A stretch of 32,000 bases of DNA from Enterobacterales bacterium endosymbiont of Anomoneura mori (lineage in GTDB: Bacteria; Pseudomonadota; Gammaproteobacteria; Enterobacterales; Enterobacteriaceae_A): assembly GCF_047159375.1 (NCBI RefSeq), contig NZ_AP031381.1:90001-122000 (forward strand), in the 5' to 3' direction. Under the pieces are notes generated by a model. It was not told the origin of the DNA. It saw only the letters and a program-made list of their open reading frames with translations, and did not search any database. Shown one piece after another: positions 1 to 10,568 of the stretch. Every line of letters starts with the position of its first letter. Position 1 is the stretch's first letter. The position numbers and the translations under genes were made by a program.

Positions 1-801
1 TTTATTAAAAAGAATATTGCTGTTTTTGATACAGCGTTTCATCAAAGTATTCCAAAAAAGTTTTTTTTATATGCTTTACCATATAATTTGTATAAAAAAT
101 ATAAAATAAGAAAATATGGTGCACATGGTATAAGTCATAAATTTATAACTTTAAAAACTGCTAATATTTTAAATAAAGAAATTAAAAATATTAATATAAT
201 TTCATGTCATTTAGGGAATGGATGTTCAATATCTGCTATTAAAAATGGTAAATGTATTGATACTTCTATGGGACTAACACCATTAGAAGGTTTAGTAATG
301 GGAACAAGATGCGGTGATATAGATTCATCAATAATATTTTATTTATATAATTTTTTAGGTATAAAAATTGATAAAATTAATAAAATTTTAAATAATGAAT
401 CAGGATTATTAGGAATAAGTGAAATAAGTAATGATTTAAAATATATAGAAAAAAATTATAAAAATAAAAAAAATTTTAAATTAGCAATAGATATTTTTTG
501 TCATAGATTATCAAAATATATAGGTTCTTATATAACATTATTTAATAAAAATTTTGATGCTCTTGTTTTTACTGGAGGTATTGGTGAAAATTCAGAATTA
601 ATAAGAGAATTAACTATTAATTCTTTAAATATATTAAATTTTAAAATAGATAAAATACTTAATAAAAACATTTATTATAAAAAATCTGGTATTATAACTA
701 AATTTAATAGTCGTTTAGCTTTAGTAATTCCTAGTAATGAAGAATTAATAATTGCAAAAGATTCATATAATATAATAAATAATAATAAATTTATTAATTA
801 A
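1..801 (+). CDS. ackA: Acetate kinase, 5'-truncated by window edge
   Basis: Frame 1 is open from base 1. It translates to FIKKNIAVFDTAFHQSIPKKFFLYALPYNLYKKYKIRKYGAHGISHKF, matching the conserved acetate kinase core (E. coli AVFDTAFHQTMP..YALPY..RRYGAHGTSH). pta follows directly, as in the E. coli ackA-pta operon. The TTG at 88 in the ORF track is an internal codon. Confidence 0.9.
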   Translation, partial: FIKKNIAVFDTAFHQSIPKKFFLYALPYNLYKKYKIRKYGAHGISHKFITLKTANILNKEIKNINIISCHLGNGCSISAIKNGKCIDTSMGLTPLEGLVMGTRCGDIDSSIIFYLYNFLGIKIDKINKILNNESGLLGISEISNDLKYIEKNYKNKKNFKLAIDIFCHRLSKYIGSYITLFNKNFDALVFTGGIGENSELIRELTINSLNILNFKIDKILNKNIYYKKSGIITKFNSRLALVIPSNEELIIAKDSYNIINNNKFIN

Positions 802-847
802 ATGTTAATTTAAAAAATATTAAATATAAAAATTTAAAAAGGAATAA

Positions 848-2881
848 ATGTCAAAAACAATTATGTTAATGCCTGTAAATAATAAATTTAATAATTTATC
901 TTTAAGTATTATTAATATTCTTAAAAAAAAAAAAATAAAATTTTGTTTTATGAAACCAATTATAAATTTTAAAAAAAAAAATATTATTAAAAAAAAAAAA
1001 AATTGTTTTATATTAAATAATAATAAAATATATACAAAAAAAATAAAAAATTTAACAATTTTAGAAAAAAAAAATATATTAATAAAAGAATTAATTTCTT
1101 ATTATTATAAAAATATTAAAAAATATGATATTTTTATAATAGAAGGATTTTATTTAATTAATAATAATTATAATTATATGTTTTTAAATTATGAAATATC
1201 AAAATCTTTAAATTTTAAAAATATTATTCCATTATTTTTTAATAAATTTATTAATTATAAAAATATAAATAAATATATTAATATAATATATAATAATTTT
1301 AAAAAATATATAAATTTAAAAATTAATAAATTTATTATTAATCAGATTTATAATAATGTAAATATTAAAAAATTTAAAAAAAATAAAAAAGTAAATTATA
1401 TACCATTAAATTCAAATTTATTTTCAATTCGTATTATTGATATTGGTTATTATATTAAATCAAATATAATTAATAAAGGTGAAATATTAACTAAACGTAT
1501 TAAAAATATAATATTTTGTAAAAATAATATTAAAAATATATTTAAATATTTTTGTTTAAATTCATTTATAATAATTTCATTGAATAAAATAAATGAAATT
1601 TTTAAAATTTGTTTATCTGTATATAATGGTATAAAATTAGGAGCAATACTTATAACAGATTATAATGTATCTAATTTATTAATAAAAAAATTTTTAAATT
1701 GTATATTTTTAACAAATTTAACAGTTTTTGTAATTAATAAAACAAGTTTAAAAATTTTTAAAATTATAAAAAAAATAAATTTTAAAATATTTAATAAAGA
1801 TTATATAAATATCAAAAAAACACAAAAATATATTTCTAAATATATAAATTTAAATTTATTTAAATTTAAAAAATATTCAAAATATAAAAATTTTACACCT
1901 AAAGAATTTATTTATAAAATAACAGAAGTTTCCAAAAATATAAATAAAAAAATAATTTTACCAGAAGGTTACGAACCTCGTATTATAAAAGCTGCTAATA
2001 TTTGTTATAATAAAAATATTGCTGAATGTATATTATTAGGAAATCCAGATAAAATTAAAAAAATTGCAATATTAAATAATATTAAATTTAATAAAAAAAT
2101 AAAAATTATTAATCCTAAAAATATTAGAAATAATTATATTAATAAATTAGTTCAATTACGTAAGCATAAAGGTATGAATGTAGAAAAAGCTATTAATGAA
2201 TTAAAAAATAATACAGTATTAGGTATAATGATGTTAGAAAATAATGAAGTTGATGGATTAGTATCAGGTTCAATAAATACAACAGCAAATACAATTCGTC
2301 CAGCATTACAAATAATAAAAACTAAACCTGGTATTTCATTAGTTTCTTCAATTAATTTTATGTTATTACAAAATAAAGTTTTAATATATGGTGATTGTGC
2401 AATTAATATAAATCCTACATCTGAACAACTTTCTGAAATTGCTATTGAATCTGCTAAAACAGCTAAATTATTTAATATTAAACCTAAAATAGCTATGATT
2501 TCATATTCTACTGGTAATTCAGGTATAGGTAAAGATGTAGAAAAAGTTAAACAAGCAACAATTTTAATTAAAAAAAAAAAACCAAATTTAATAATTGACG
2601 GACCTTTACAATATGATGCTGCAATAATTTCAAATGTAGCTAAAAAAAAAGCACCAAATTCAAAGGTTGCTGGAAAAGCAAATGTAATAATTTTTCCAGA
2701 TTTAAATACAGGTAATACAACTTATAAAGCGGTTCAAAGATCTGCTAATATAATTTCAATAGGACCTATACTACAAGGTATTCGAAAACCGGTTAATGAT
2801 TTATCTCGTGGTGCACTTATTGATGATATAGTTTATACTATTGCAATTACAGCTATTCAATCTAAAAATAATAATTTTTAA
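848..2881 (+). CDS. pta: Phosphate acetyltransferase (full-length, two-domain Pta)
   Basis: 677 aa. The C-terminal half carries PTA catalytic motifs (ILPEGYEPRIIKAA, VDGLVSGSINTTANTIRPALQIIKT, IDGPLQYDAA, FPDLNTGNTTYKAVQRS, VNDLSRGA). The N-terminus (MSKTIMLMPV, FMKPI, LNYEISKSLN, IINKGEILTKRIKNIIFC) is colinear with the E. coli Pta N-terminal domain. An AGGA lies just upstream of the ATG. Confidence 0.9.
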   Translation: MSKTIMLMPVNNKFNNLSLSIINILKKKKIKFCFMKPIINFKKKNIIKKKKNCFILNNNKIYTKKIKNLTILEKKNILIKELISYYYKNIKKYDIFIIEGFYLINNNYNYMFLNYEISKSLNFKNIIPLFFNKFINYKNINKYINIIYNNFKKYINLKINKFIINQIYNNVNIKKFKKNKKVNYIPLNSNLFSIRIIDIGYYIKSNIINKGEILTKRIKNIIFCKNNIKNIFKYFCLNSFIIISLNKINEIFKICLSVYNGIKLGAILITDYNVSNLLIKKFLNCIFLTNLTVFVINKTSLKIFKIIKKINFKIFNKDYINIKKTQKYISKYINLNLFKFKKYSKYKNFTPKEFIYKITEVSKNINKKIILPEGYEPRIIKAANICYNKNIAECILLGNPDKIKKIAILNNIKFNKKIKIINPKNIRNNYINKLVQLRKHKGMNVEKAINELKNNTVLGIMMLENNEVDGLVSGSINTTANTIRPALQIIKTKPGISLVSSINFMLLQNKVLIYGDCAININPTSEQLSEIAIESAKTAKLFNIKPKIAMISYSTGNSGIGKDVEKVKQATILIKKKKPNLIIDGPLQYDAAIISNVAKKKAPNSKVAGKANVIIFPDLNTGNTTYKAVQRSANIISIGPILQGIRKPVNDLSRGALIDDIVYTIAITAIQSKNNNF

Positions 2882-2909
2882 AAATATTAATTTTTTTATA
2901 ATTATATAG

Positions 2910-4046
<1,137 letters not shown>

Positions 4047-4106
4047 TTTTTAATAAATTAAATTTAAAAAATTTAATATATTATTTAAAATAAATTATTA
4101 ATTATT

Positions 4107-5021
4107 TTATTTTTTTAAGAATTTATATATATTAGAATTAATTATTTTTTTAGCTAATTTATAACCAATAATTTTAAAATCTTTTATATTTCCAAAATAT
4201 TCATCATTTATATAATTTTTACCATTTGAAGAACTAATAAAAATACGAAGCCAAATTTTTTTTTTTATAATTTTTGCATAACTTCCAATTGGAGCATGAC
4301 AACCATAATTTAAAATATTATTAAAAATTCTTTCTGTTAATATACAAGAATTAATTTTATAATTAAACAATGATTTTAATATATTTAAAATTTTTATATC
4401 ATTTAAACGATATTCTACTCCTATAGCTCCTTGACCTGCAGCAGGTATAAAATCTTTTATATTAAGTGGTGATCTTAAATAATTATTATATCCTAATCTT
4501 TTAAGTCCTGCAATACTTAAAATTATTGCGTCATATTCATTATTATTTAATTTTTTAATACGAGTATTAATATTTCCTCTAATATTTAAAATTTTTAAAT
4601 CTGGTCTTTTAATTAATAATTGACATTTTCTTCTTAAACTTGAAGTTCCTACTATACTACCGTAAGGTAAATTATTTAAAGAATTATATTTATTAGATAC
4701 TAAAATGTCTCTTGGATCTTCACGATCACAAATAATTGTTAAACCAAATTCTTTAGAAAAAATATTTGAAATATCTTTCATTGAATGAACTGCAATATCA
4801 GTTTTTTTATTTTTAAGTGATTTTTCTAATTCATTTCCAAATAAATTTTTTCCACCTATTTTTTTTAATGATTTATTAATTATTATATCACCTTTTGTTA
4901 TAATAGGTATTATTTTTATTTTAAAATTTGGATAAAAATTAATAATTTTTTTTTTAATTAATTCTGCTTGCCATAAAGCTAAATGACTATTTCGAGTTGC
5001 TATTTTAATTATTTTAGACAT
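4107..5021 (-). CDS. hemC: Porphobilinogen deaminase (hydroxymethylbilane synthase)
   Basis: 304 aa. IKIATRNSHLALWQAE matches E. coli RIATRQSPLALWQA. Also present: GTSSLRRKCQL, RGNINTRIKKL, AAGQGAIGVE. Confidence 0.9.
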   Translation of the reverse strand: MSKIIKIATRNSHLALWQAELIKKKIINFYPNFKIKIIPIITKGDIIINKSLKKIGGKNLFGNELEKSLKNKKTDIAVHSMKDISNIFSKEFGLTIICDREDPRDILVSNKYNSLNNLPYGSIVGTSSLRRKCQLLIKRPDLKILNIRGNINTRIKKLNNNEYDAIILSIAGLKRLGYNNYLRSPLNIKDFIPAAGQGAIGVEYRLNDIKILNILKSLFNYKINSCILTERIFNNILNYGCHAPIGSYAKIIKKKIWLRIFISSSNGKNYINDEYFGNIKDFKIIGYKLAKKIINSNIYKFLKK

Positions 5022-5116
5022 TTTTAAAAAAATTAATATTATTAAATTATTTAATAATTTTTTAAATTTTATAAATATTTTATAAAATATTTAAATATTA
5101 TAAATTATATTTAATT

Positions 5117-5189
5117 AGGGGTGTAGCTCAGTTGGTAGAGCACCGGTCTCCAAAACCGTATGTCGTGAGTTCAATTCTCTCCACCCTTG
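5117..5189 (+). tRNA. tRNA-Trp (anticodon CCA)
   Basis: AGGGGTGTAGCTCAGTTGGTAGAGCACCGGTCTCCAAAACCGTATGTCGTGAGTTCAATTCTCTCCACCCTTG folds as a cloverleaf. It is colinear with E. coli tRNA-Trp, with anticodon loop CTCCAAA. No CCA end is encoded. Confidence 0.92.
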
Positions 5190-5215
5190 ATATTAATTAT
5201 TTAATTAATTATAAT

Positions 5216-5659
5216 ATGAAATCTTTAAAATTAATTTTACAATGTGATTTTAATATTAAAAAAAAAAAAAAAAATAAAATTATATTTTTAATTAAAAATA
5301 CAGTTAAAAAATTTAAAAAAAAAACAAAAGTATTAATTAAATTAGTTAATAAAAATGAAATTTTAAAATTTAATTTAATTTTTAGAGGAATTAATAAATA
5401 TACAAATATATTAACTTTTAATTTTAAAGATATAATAAATAATAAAAATTATATAGGTGATTTAATAATTTGTCATGAATTAATTACATTTAAAAAAAAT
5501 AAAAAAAAAATTTTTTTTTTAAATATTATTATTCATGGTTTATTACATTTATTAAATTTAAATCACATTAAAAACAATGAAAAAAAACAAATGGAAATAT
5601 TAGAAATAGAAATCCTTAAAAATCTAGGATTTGATAATCCATATTATATAATAAATTAA
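5216..5659 (+). CDS. ybeY: Endoribonuclease YbeY (16S rRNA 3'-end maturation factor)
   Basis: TNILTFNF, IGDLIICHELI and HGLLHLLNLNH (the H-x3-H-x5-H zinc motif), followed by EILEIEILKNLGFDNPY, align to E. coli YbeY. The start is set at ATG 5216 because the ORF-track start at 5132 lies inside the tRNA-Trp gene. Confidence 0.85.
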   Translation: MKSLKLILQCDFNIKKKKKNKIIFLIKNTVKKFKKKTKVLIKLVNKNEILKFNLIFRGINKYTNILTFNFKDIINNKNYIGDLIICHELITFKKNKKKIFFLNIIIHGLLHLLNLNHIKNNEKKQMEILEIEILKNLGFDNPYYIIN

Positions 5660-5932
5660 TATTTTAATATTTTTATTTTTAAATATTTTATTTACATATT
5701 TAAAATTATAATATTAATAATTATTATTATATTTTTATTAAACATTTTTAAATTTTTAATTAAATATTGATAAATTTAACTTATTATTAATTATAAAAAA
5801 AACGAGAATTTTTAATATTATTAAAATATTAATGTTTAATAATAATATCTTTAATAAATAATTAAAAAATAAAATATTTAAATATAATATTTTTAAATAT
5901 TATTAAAATAATAGATTTATTTTAATAAAAAT

Positions 5933-6253
5933 TTATATATTAAAACTTTTTCCACATTTACATTTATTTTTAATATTTGGATTATTAAAAATAAGAAATG
6001 TTTTAAATTTTTTTTTAATTAAATCGATTTTAATATTATTAAAATATATTAAATTTTTTTTTTTTATAAAAATAATAATTTTTTTTTTTTTAAAAATGTA
6101 GTCATTATTATTTAAATCATTAATATATTTAAAATTATATTTAAAATTTAAACACTTTGATTTTTTTATTCCTAATCTTATTCCAAATTTTTTATTTTTT
6201 TTTATTAAATTAAAAAAATAATTTATAGCATTATCACTTATATTTATTATCAT
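5933..6253 (-). CDS. iscA: Iron-sulfur cluster assembly (A-type carrier) protein
   Basis: 106 aa, directly downstream of iscS-iscU. FGIRLGIKKSKC and the C-terminal NPNIKNKCKCGKSFNI match E. coli IscA (FGLRLGVRTSGC ... NPNVKDECGCGESFHV). All three Cys ligands are kept. Confidence 0.82.
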   Translation of the reverse strand: MIINISDNAINYFFNLIKKNKKFGIRLGIKKSKCLNFKYNFKYINDLNNNDYIFKKKKIIIFIKKKNLIYFNNIKIDLIKKKFKTFLIFNNPNIKNKCKCGKSFNI

Positions 6254-6291
6254 AAATTATAAAAATATTAATTAATTAATAATAAAAAATT

Positions 6292-6675
6292 TTAAAAATT
6301 ATTTTTACTATAATAATTTTTAATTGCTTCTTTTATTGCATTTTCTGCTAATATAGAACAATGAAATTTAATTGGTGGTAATGAAAGTTCTTTAGCTATA
6401 TTAATATTTTTAATTTTTTTTACTTGTTTAATAGTTTTACCTATTATTAATTCAGTTAATAAAGAACTTGATGCAATAGCTGAACCACAACCATAAGTTT
6501 TAAATTTAGCATTTTCAATTATACCTTTATTATTAATTTTTATTTGTAATTTTATTACATCGCCACATGATGGTGAACCTATCAAACTACTACCAACATT
6601 TTTATCTTTATTATCTAAAGAACCAACATTTCTAGGATTTTCATAATGATCTAATAACTTTTTACTATAAGACAT
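6292..6675 (-). CDS. iscU: Iron-sulfur cluster scaffold protein
   Basis: MSYSKKLLDHYENPRNVGS matches E. coli MAYSEKVIDHYENPRNVGS. The cysteines in SCGDV, GCGSAIASSS and LPPIKFHCS are present. The start is set at ATG 6675 (127 aa); the longer ORF-track start at 6705 would overlap iscS. Confidence 0.93.
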   Translation of the reverse strand: MSYSKKLLDHYENPRNVGSLDNKDKNVGSSLIGSPSCGDVIKLQIKINNKGIIENAKFKTYGCGSAIASSSLLTELIIGKTIKQVKKIKNINIAKELSLPPIKFHCSILAENAIKEAIKNYYSKNNF

Positions 6676-6686
6676 AATAATTAATA

Positions 6687-7904
6687 TTAAATATTTTTTT
6701 CCCAAATAATAGAATTAATATCTATTCCTTGTTTAAAAATTTCCCATAAAGGTGAAATATTTCTTAATTTTTTAATAGATTTATTAATAATATTTATACT
6801 ATAATCAATTTCTTCAATTTTAGAAAAACGACCAAATGAAAATCTAATAGAACTATGTGCTAATTGTTCATTAATTCCTAATGATAATAATACATAAGAA
6901 GGTTCTAAACTTGATGAAGTACATGCTGAACCAGAAGATACAGCAATATTTTTTAAAGACATTATAAGAGATTCACCTTCAATATAATTGAAACTAATAT
7001 TTATTATATTTGGAACACTATTATTAAAATCTCCATTTAAATATATTTCTTCTATTTTTTTAATACCATTCCAAAATCTACTTTTTAATATATGATATAA
7101 ATAATTATCATTTTTCATTTCTTTTATTATAATTTTACATGCTTCACCAATTCCAACTATTTGATGAACAGCTAATGTACCAGAACGTAAACCTTTTTCA
7201 TGACCTCCACCATGTATTTGAGGTGTTATATGAATTTTAGGTTTATTATTAATATATAAAATTCCTATTCCTTTAGGACCATATATTTTATGTGCTGAAA
7301 AAGACATTAAATCTATATTATTTTTTTTAACATCAATATTAATTTTTCCAAAACTTTGAGTTGCATCAATATGTAAAAAAATTTTTTTTTTTTTACATAT
7401 TTTACCAATTTCATTAATATTTTGTATAACTCCTATTTCATTATTAACATGTATAATAGAAATTAAAATTGTATTATTATTAATAATTTTAGATATTTTA
7501 TATAAATTTATAATACCATTACTTTCAGGTTTTATATAACTTATATTAAAATTATTAATTTCTAATTGTCTACAACTATCCAAAACAGATTTATGTTCAA
7601 TTTTAGATGTTATTATATGATTTCCTTTATATTTATAAAAATTTGCAATACCTTTAATTGCTAAATTTATTGATTCAGTTGCGCCTGAAGTAAAAATAAT
7701 TTCTTTATAGTTAGCTTTTATTAATTTAGCAATTTTTTTTCTATAAATATTTATTGATTCTTCTGCTCTCCAACCAAAGCAATGAGATCTTGAAGAAGGA
7801 TTTCCAAAATTTCCATCTAATGTTAAATATTTAAACATTTTTTTAACTATACGTTTATCTACAGGGGAGGTAGCAGAATAATCCATATAAATTGGTAATA
7901 TCAT
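6687..7904 (-). CDS. iscS: Cysteine desulfurase
   Basis: 405 aa. [16 protein letters not shown] matches E. coli MKLPIYLDYSATTPVD. Also present: [15 protein letters not shown], the PLP-lysine region [14 protein letters not shown], and the active-site loop [17 protein letters not shown]. Confidence 0.95.
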   Translation of the reverse strand: MILPIYMDYSATSPVDKRIVKKMFKYLTLDGNFGNPSSRSHCFGWRAEESINIYRKKIAKLIKANYKEIIFTSGATESINLAIKGIANFYKYKGNHIITSKIEHKSVLDSCRQLEINNFNISYIKPESNGIINLYKISKIINNNTILISIIHVNNEIGVIQNINEIGKICKKKKIFLHIDATQSFGKINIDVKKNNIDLMSFSAHKIYGPKGIGILYINNKPKIHITPQIHGGGHEKGLRSGTLAVHQIVGIGEACKIIIKEMKNDNYLYHILKSRFWNGIKKIEEIYLNGDFNNSVPNIINISFNYIEGESLIMSLKNIAVSSGSACTSSSLEPSYVLLSLGINEQLAHSSIRFSFGRFSKIEEIDYSINIINKSIKKLRNISPLWEIFKQGIDINSIIWEKNI

Positions 7905-8240
7905 TATATATATATATTCACATTTTTTAAAATATTCAATTTATTAAAATTTTTTATAAATAATTTAATATAAAATAATTACTAAAAATATTTTAAAATA
8001 TTAATATTAAAAATTTATTAATTAAATAATGAATATTTAATTTTTAAAAAATATTTTTTAAATATAAATTTAAAATATTAATTTTAAATTTTTTTTATTT
8101 ATTATTTAATATAAAAAAATTAATAATAATTAAAAAATTAATCATCAAATATTAATTTTAAATTTTAAAATTTAATAATTAAATATTTTTAATATTTAAA
8201 TATTTTTAAAATTTAAATATTATTATTTTAAAAATAATTT

Positions 8241-9614
8241 TTGAAATATTTACCAATATTTATTAATTTAAAAAATCGCACAGTTTTAGTAATTGGTGGA
8301 GGATCTATTGCTTCTCGTAAAATTGATTTATTAATAAAAACTAATGCGAAAATTAAAATTATTGCTAAAAAACTTACACCTGAACTTAAAAAAAAAAATA
8401 ATAAAAAATATATTAATTGGATAGGTCATAAATTTTGTACAAATAAATTAATTAATGTATTTTTAATAATTATTGCTACTAATAATAATAAATTAAATTC
8501 AAAAATATTTTTTGAAGCAAATAAACGTAAAATATTTACTAATACAGTTGATAACCCAAAAAATTGTTCTTTTATTTTTCCATCAATTATTAATAGAACA
8601 CCATTATTAATTGCAATTTCTTCATGTGGTAAAGCACCTATATTAGTAAAATTAATAAGAGAAAAATTTGAATCTTTATTACCATTTAAACTTGGAAAAA
8701 TTATTAAAATTACTTCAAAATGGCGAGAAAAAATTAAAAAAAAAATAAAATCTATTAAAATACGTCGTTATTTTTGGGAAAATATTTTTTCTAAAAAATT
8801 TTTTTCTTTAATTTTAAATTTTCAATATAATAATGCTGAAAATGAAATTATTAAAAATTTTAAAAATTTTAAAATTAAAAATAATGGAGAAATTTCATTA
8901 GTAGGTGCTGGACCTGGAGATGTAGGATTATTAACTATTAAAGGTTTGCAAGTTATTCAACAAGCTGATGTAGTTTTATATGATTATTTAATAAATAAAG
9001 AAATATTAAATTTAATACGTCGTGATGCAAAACGTATATGTGTTGGAAAAAGAATTGGTTTACATTCAGTATTACAAAAAAAAATAAATTATTTATTAAT
9101 ATATTTAGCAAAATCAGGAAAACGTGTTGTTAGATTAAAAGGTGGAGATCCATTTATATTTGGTAGAGGAGCTGAAGAATTAAAATTAGTTTATAAAAAA
9201 AATATTAAATTTAATGTTGTTCCTGGAATAACAGCTGCAAATGGAGTTACAGCTTATGCCGGAATACCATTAACTCATCGAAAATATTCACAAAGTATTA
9301 CTTTTATTACAGGTCATAATTATTTAAATAATAATTTAAATTTTTTAAATTTTAATAATAAAAAACATACATTTGTTATTTATATGGGAACAATTAAAAT
9401 TAATAATATTATAAAAAAAATGATAAATGATGGTTTAAATAAAAATTTACCTATAGCAATTATAAGTAAAGGAACATATTTAAACCAAAATATAATTATT
9501 AGTACTTTAAAAAAAATTAATTATTTAATAAAAAATATAGAATTACCAAATTTAATTATAATTGGTGAAGTTGTTAAATTACATTATAAATTACATTGGT
9601 ATAAAAAAAACTAA
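8241..9614 (+). CDS. cysG: Siroheme synthase (multifunctional CysG)
   Basis: 457 aa (E. coli 457). (TTG)[26 protein letters not shown] matches E. coli [27 protein letters not shown]. Methylase-domain motifs are [28 protein letters not shown] and PGITAA. A TTG start is inferred from the alignment. Confidence 0.9.
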   Translation: MKYLPIFINLKNRTVLVIGGGSIASRKIDLLIKTNAKIKIIAKKLTPELKKKNNKKYINWIGHKFCTNKLINVFLIIIATNNNKLNSKIFFEANKRKIFTNTVDNPKNCSFIFPSIINRTPLLIAISSCGKAPILVKLIREKFESLLPFKLGKIIKITSKWREKIKKKIKSIKIRRYFWENIFSKKFFSLILNFQYNNAENEIIKNFKNFKIKNNGEISLVGAGPGDVGLLTIKGLQVIQQADVVLYDYLINKEILNLIRRDAKRICVGKRIGLHSVLQKKINYLLIYLAKSGKRVVRLKGGDPFIFGRGAEELKLVYKKNIKFNVVPGITAANGVTAYAGIPLTHRKYSQSITFITGHNYLNNNLNFLNFNNKKHTFVIYMGTIKINNIIKKMINDGLNKNLPIAIISKGTYLNQNIIISTLKKINYLIKNIELPNLIIIGEVVKLHYKLHWYKKN

Positions 9615-9655
9615 TTTTTAAAAAATTATTTATTTTAAAAATATTAAAATTTTTT

Positions 9656-10558
9656 ATGAATTATAATAGATATACTCATCTTAAACAATTAGAAGCTGAA
9701 AGTATAAATATTATACGTGAAGTAGTAACAGAATTTAAAAATCCAGTTATGTTATATTCTATTGGTAAAGATTCTTCTGTAATGTTACATTTATCAAGAA
9801 AAGCATTTTTCCCAGGTAAAATTCCATTTCCTTTTTTACATGTTGATACTGGTTGGAAATTTAATGAAATGTATAAATTTAGAAAAAATACATCAAAAAA
9901 TTATGATATCAAATTATTAATATATAAAAATAAAGAAAATAATAATGTTAATCCATTTATAGATGGAAGTAACAAATATACTAATATTATGAAAACTATA
10001 GGTCTTAAAAAAGCTATAAATAAATATAAATTTGATGCTGCATTTGGTGGAGCTAGAAGAGATGAAGAAAAATCAAGAGCTAAAGAACGTATATTCTCTT
10101 TTAGAGACCGTTTTCATCGTTGGAATCCTAAAAATCAAAGACCTGAATTATGGAATAATTATAATTGTCAAATAAATAAGGGTGAAAATATTAGAATTTT
10201 TCCTTTATCTAATTGGACTGAATTAGATATATGGGAATATATTTATTTAGAAAATATAGAAATTGTATCTTTATATTTTTCAAAACTTAGAAAAATTGTA
10301 AAACGTGATAATATGTTAATAATGTTAAATGATAATCGTATAAATTTGAAATCTAAAGAAATACCAATGTATTTAATGGTTAGATTTAGAACTTTAGGAT
10401 GTTGGCCATTAACTGGTGCAACAAAATCAAATGCAATTACTTTATCTGATATTATAGAAGAAACACTTTTTATAAATAGTAGTGAACGTTATGGAAGAGC
10501 AATTGATATTGATCAATCTGGATCAATGGAATATAAAAAACGAAATGGTTATTTTTAA
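9656..10558 (+). CDS. cysD: Sulfate adenylyltransferase subunit 2
   Basis: 300 aa, near-colinear with E. coli CysD: [70 protein letters not shown], and a [12 protein letters not shown] end. Confidence 0.95.
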   Translation: MNYNRYTHLKQLEAESINIIREVVTEFKNPVMLYSIGKDSSVMLHLSRKAFFPGKIPFPFLHVDTGWKFNEMYKFRKNTSKNYDIKLLIYKNKENNNVNPFIDGSNKYTNIMKTIGLKKAINKYKFDAAFGGARRDEEKSRAKERIFSFRDRFHRWNPKNQRPELWNNYNCQINKGENIRIFPLSNWTELDIWEYIYLENIEIVSLYFSKLRKIVKRDNMLIMLNDNRINLKSKEIPMYLMVRFRTLGCWPLTGATKSNAITLSDIIEETLFINSSERYGRAIDIDQSGSMEYKKRNGYF

Positions 10559-10568
10559 TTTTCAAAAA

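Noticed and set aside
4057-4077. 9-bp A/T inverted repeat (ATTAAATTT-AAA-AAATTTAAT) between convergent tgt and hemC as a terminator
   Set aside because: The stem is A/T only and short. Such palindromes are expected by chance in this composition, so this is not enough to call a terminator.
5132-5215. N-terminal extension of the ybeY ORF (MVEHRSPKPYVV...)
   Set aside because: These codons are the tRNA-Trp gene read as protein. YbeY homology begins at ATG 5216.
7905-8240. Long spacers (also 5660-5932, 13174-13409, 15429-15639, 20250-20414) considered as hidden ncRNA genes, an origin of replication or mobile-element remnants
   Set aside because: They are almost pure A/T. They lack G/C-anchored helices and have no DnaA-box-like TTATCCACA that I could see. 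They have no terminal inverted repeats and no ORFs. The internal repeats are low-complexity (e.g. TAAATATTTTTA) and expected from the composition.
10482-10568. N-terminal extension of the cysN ORF overlapping cysD
   Set aside because: It has no similarity to the CysN N-terminus and lies inside the conserved cysD 3' end. ATG 10569 just after the cysD stop fits the alignment.
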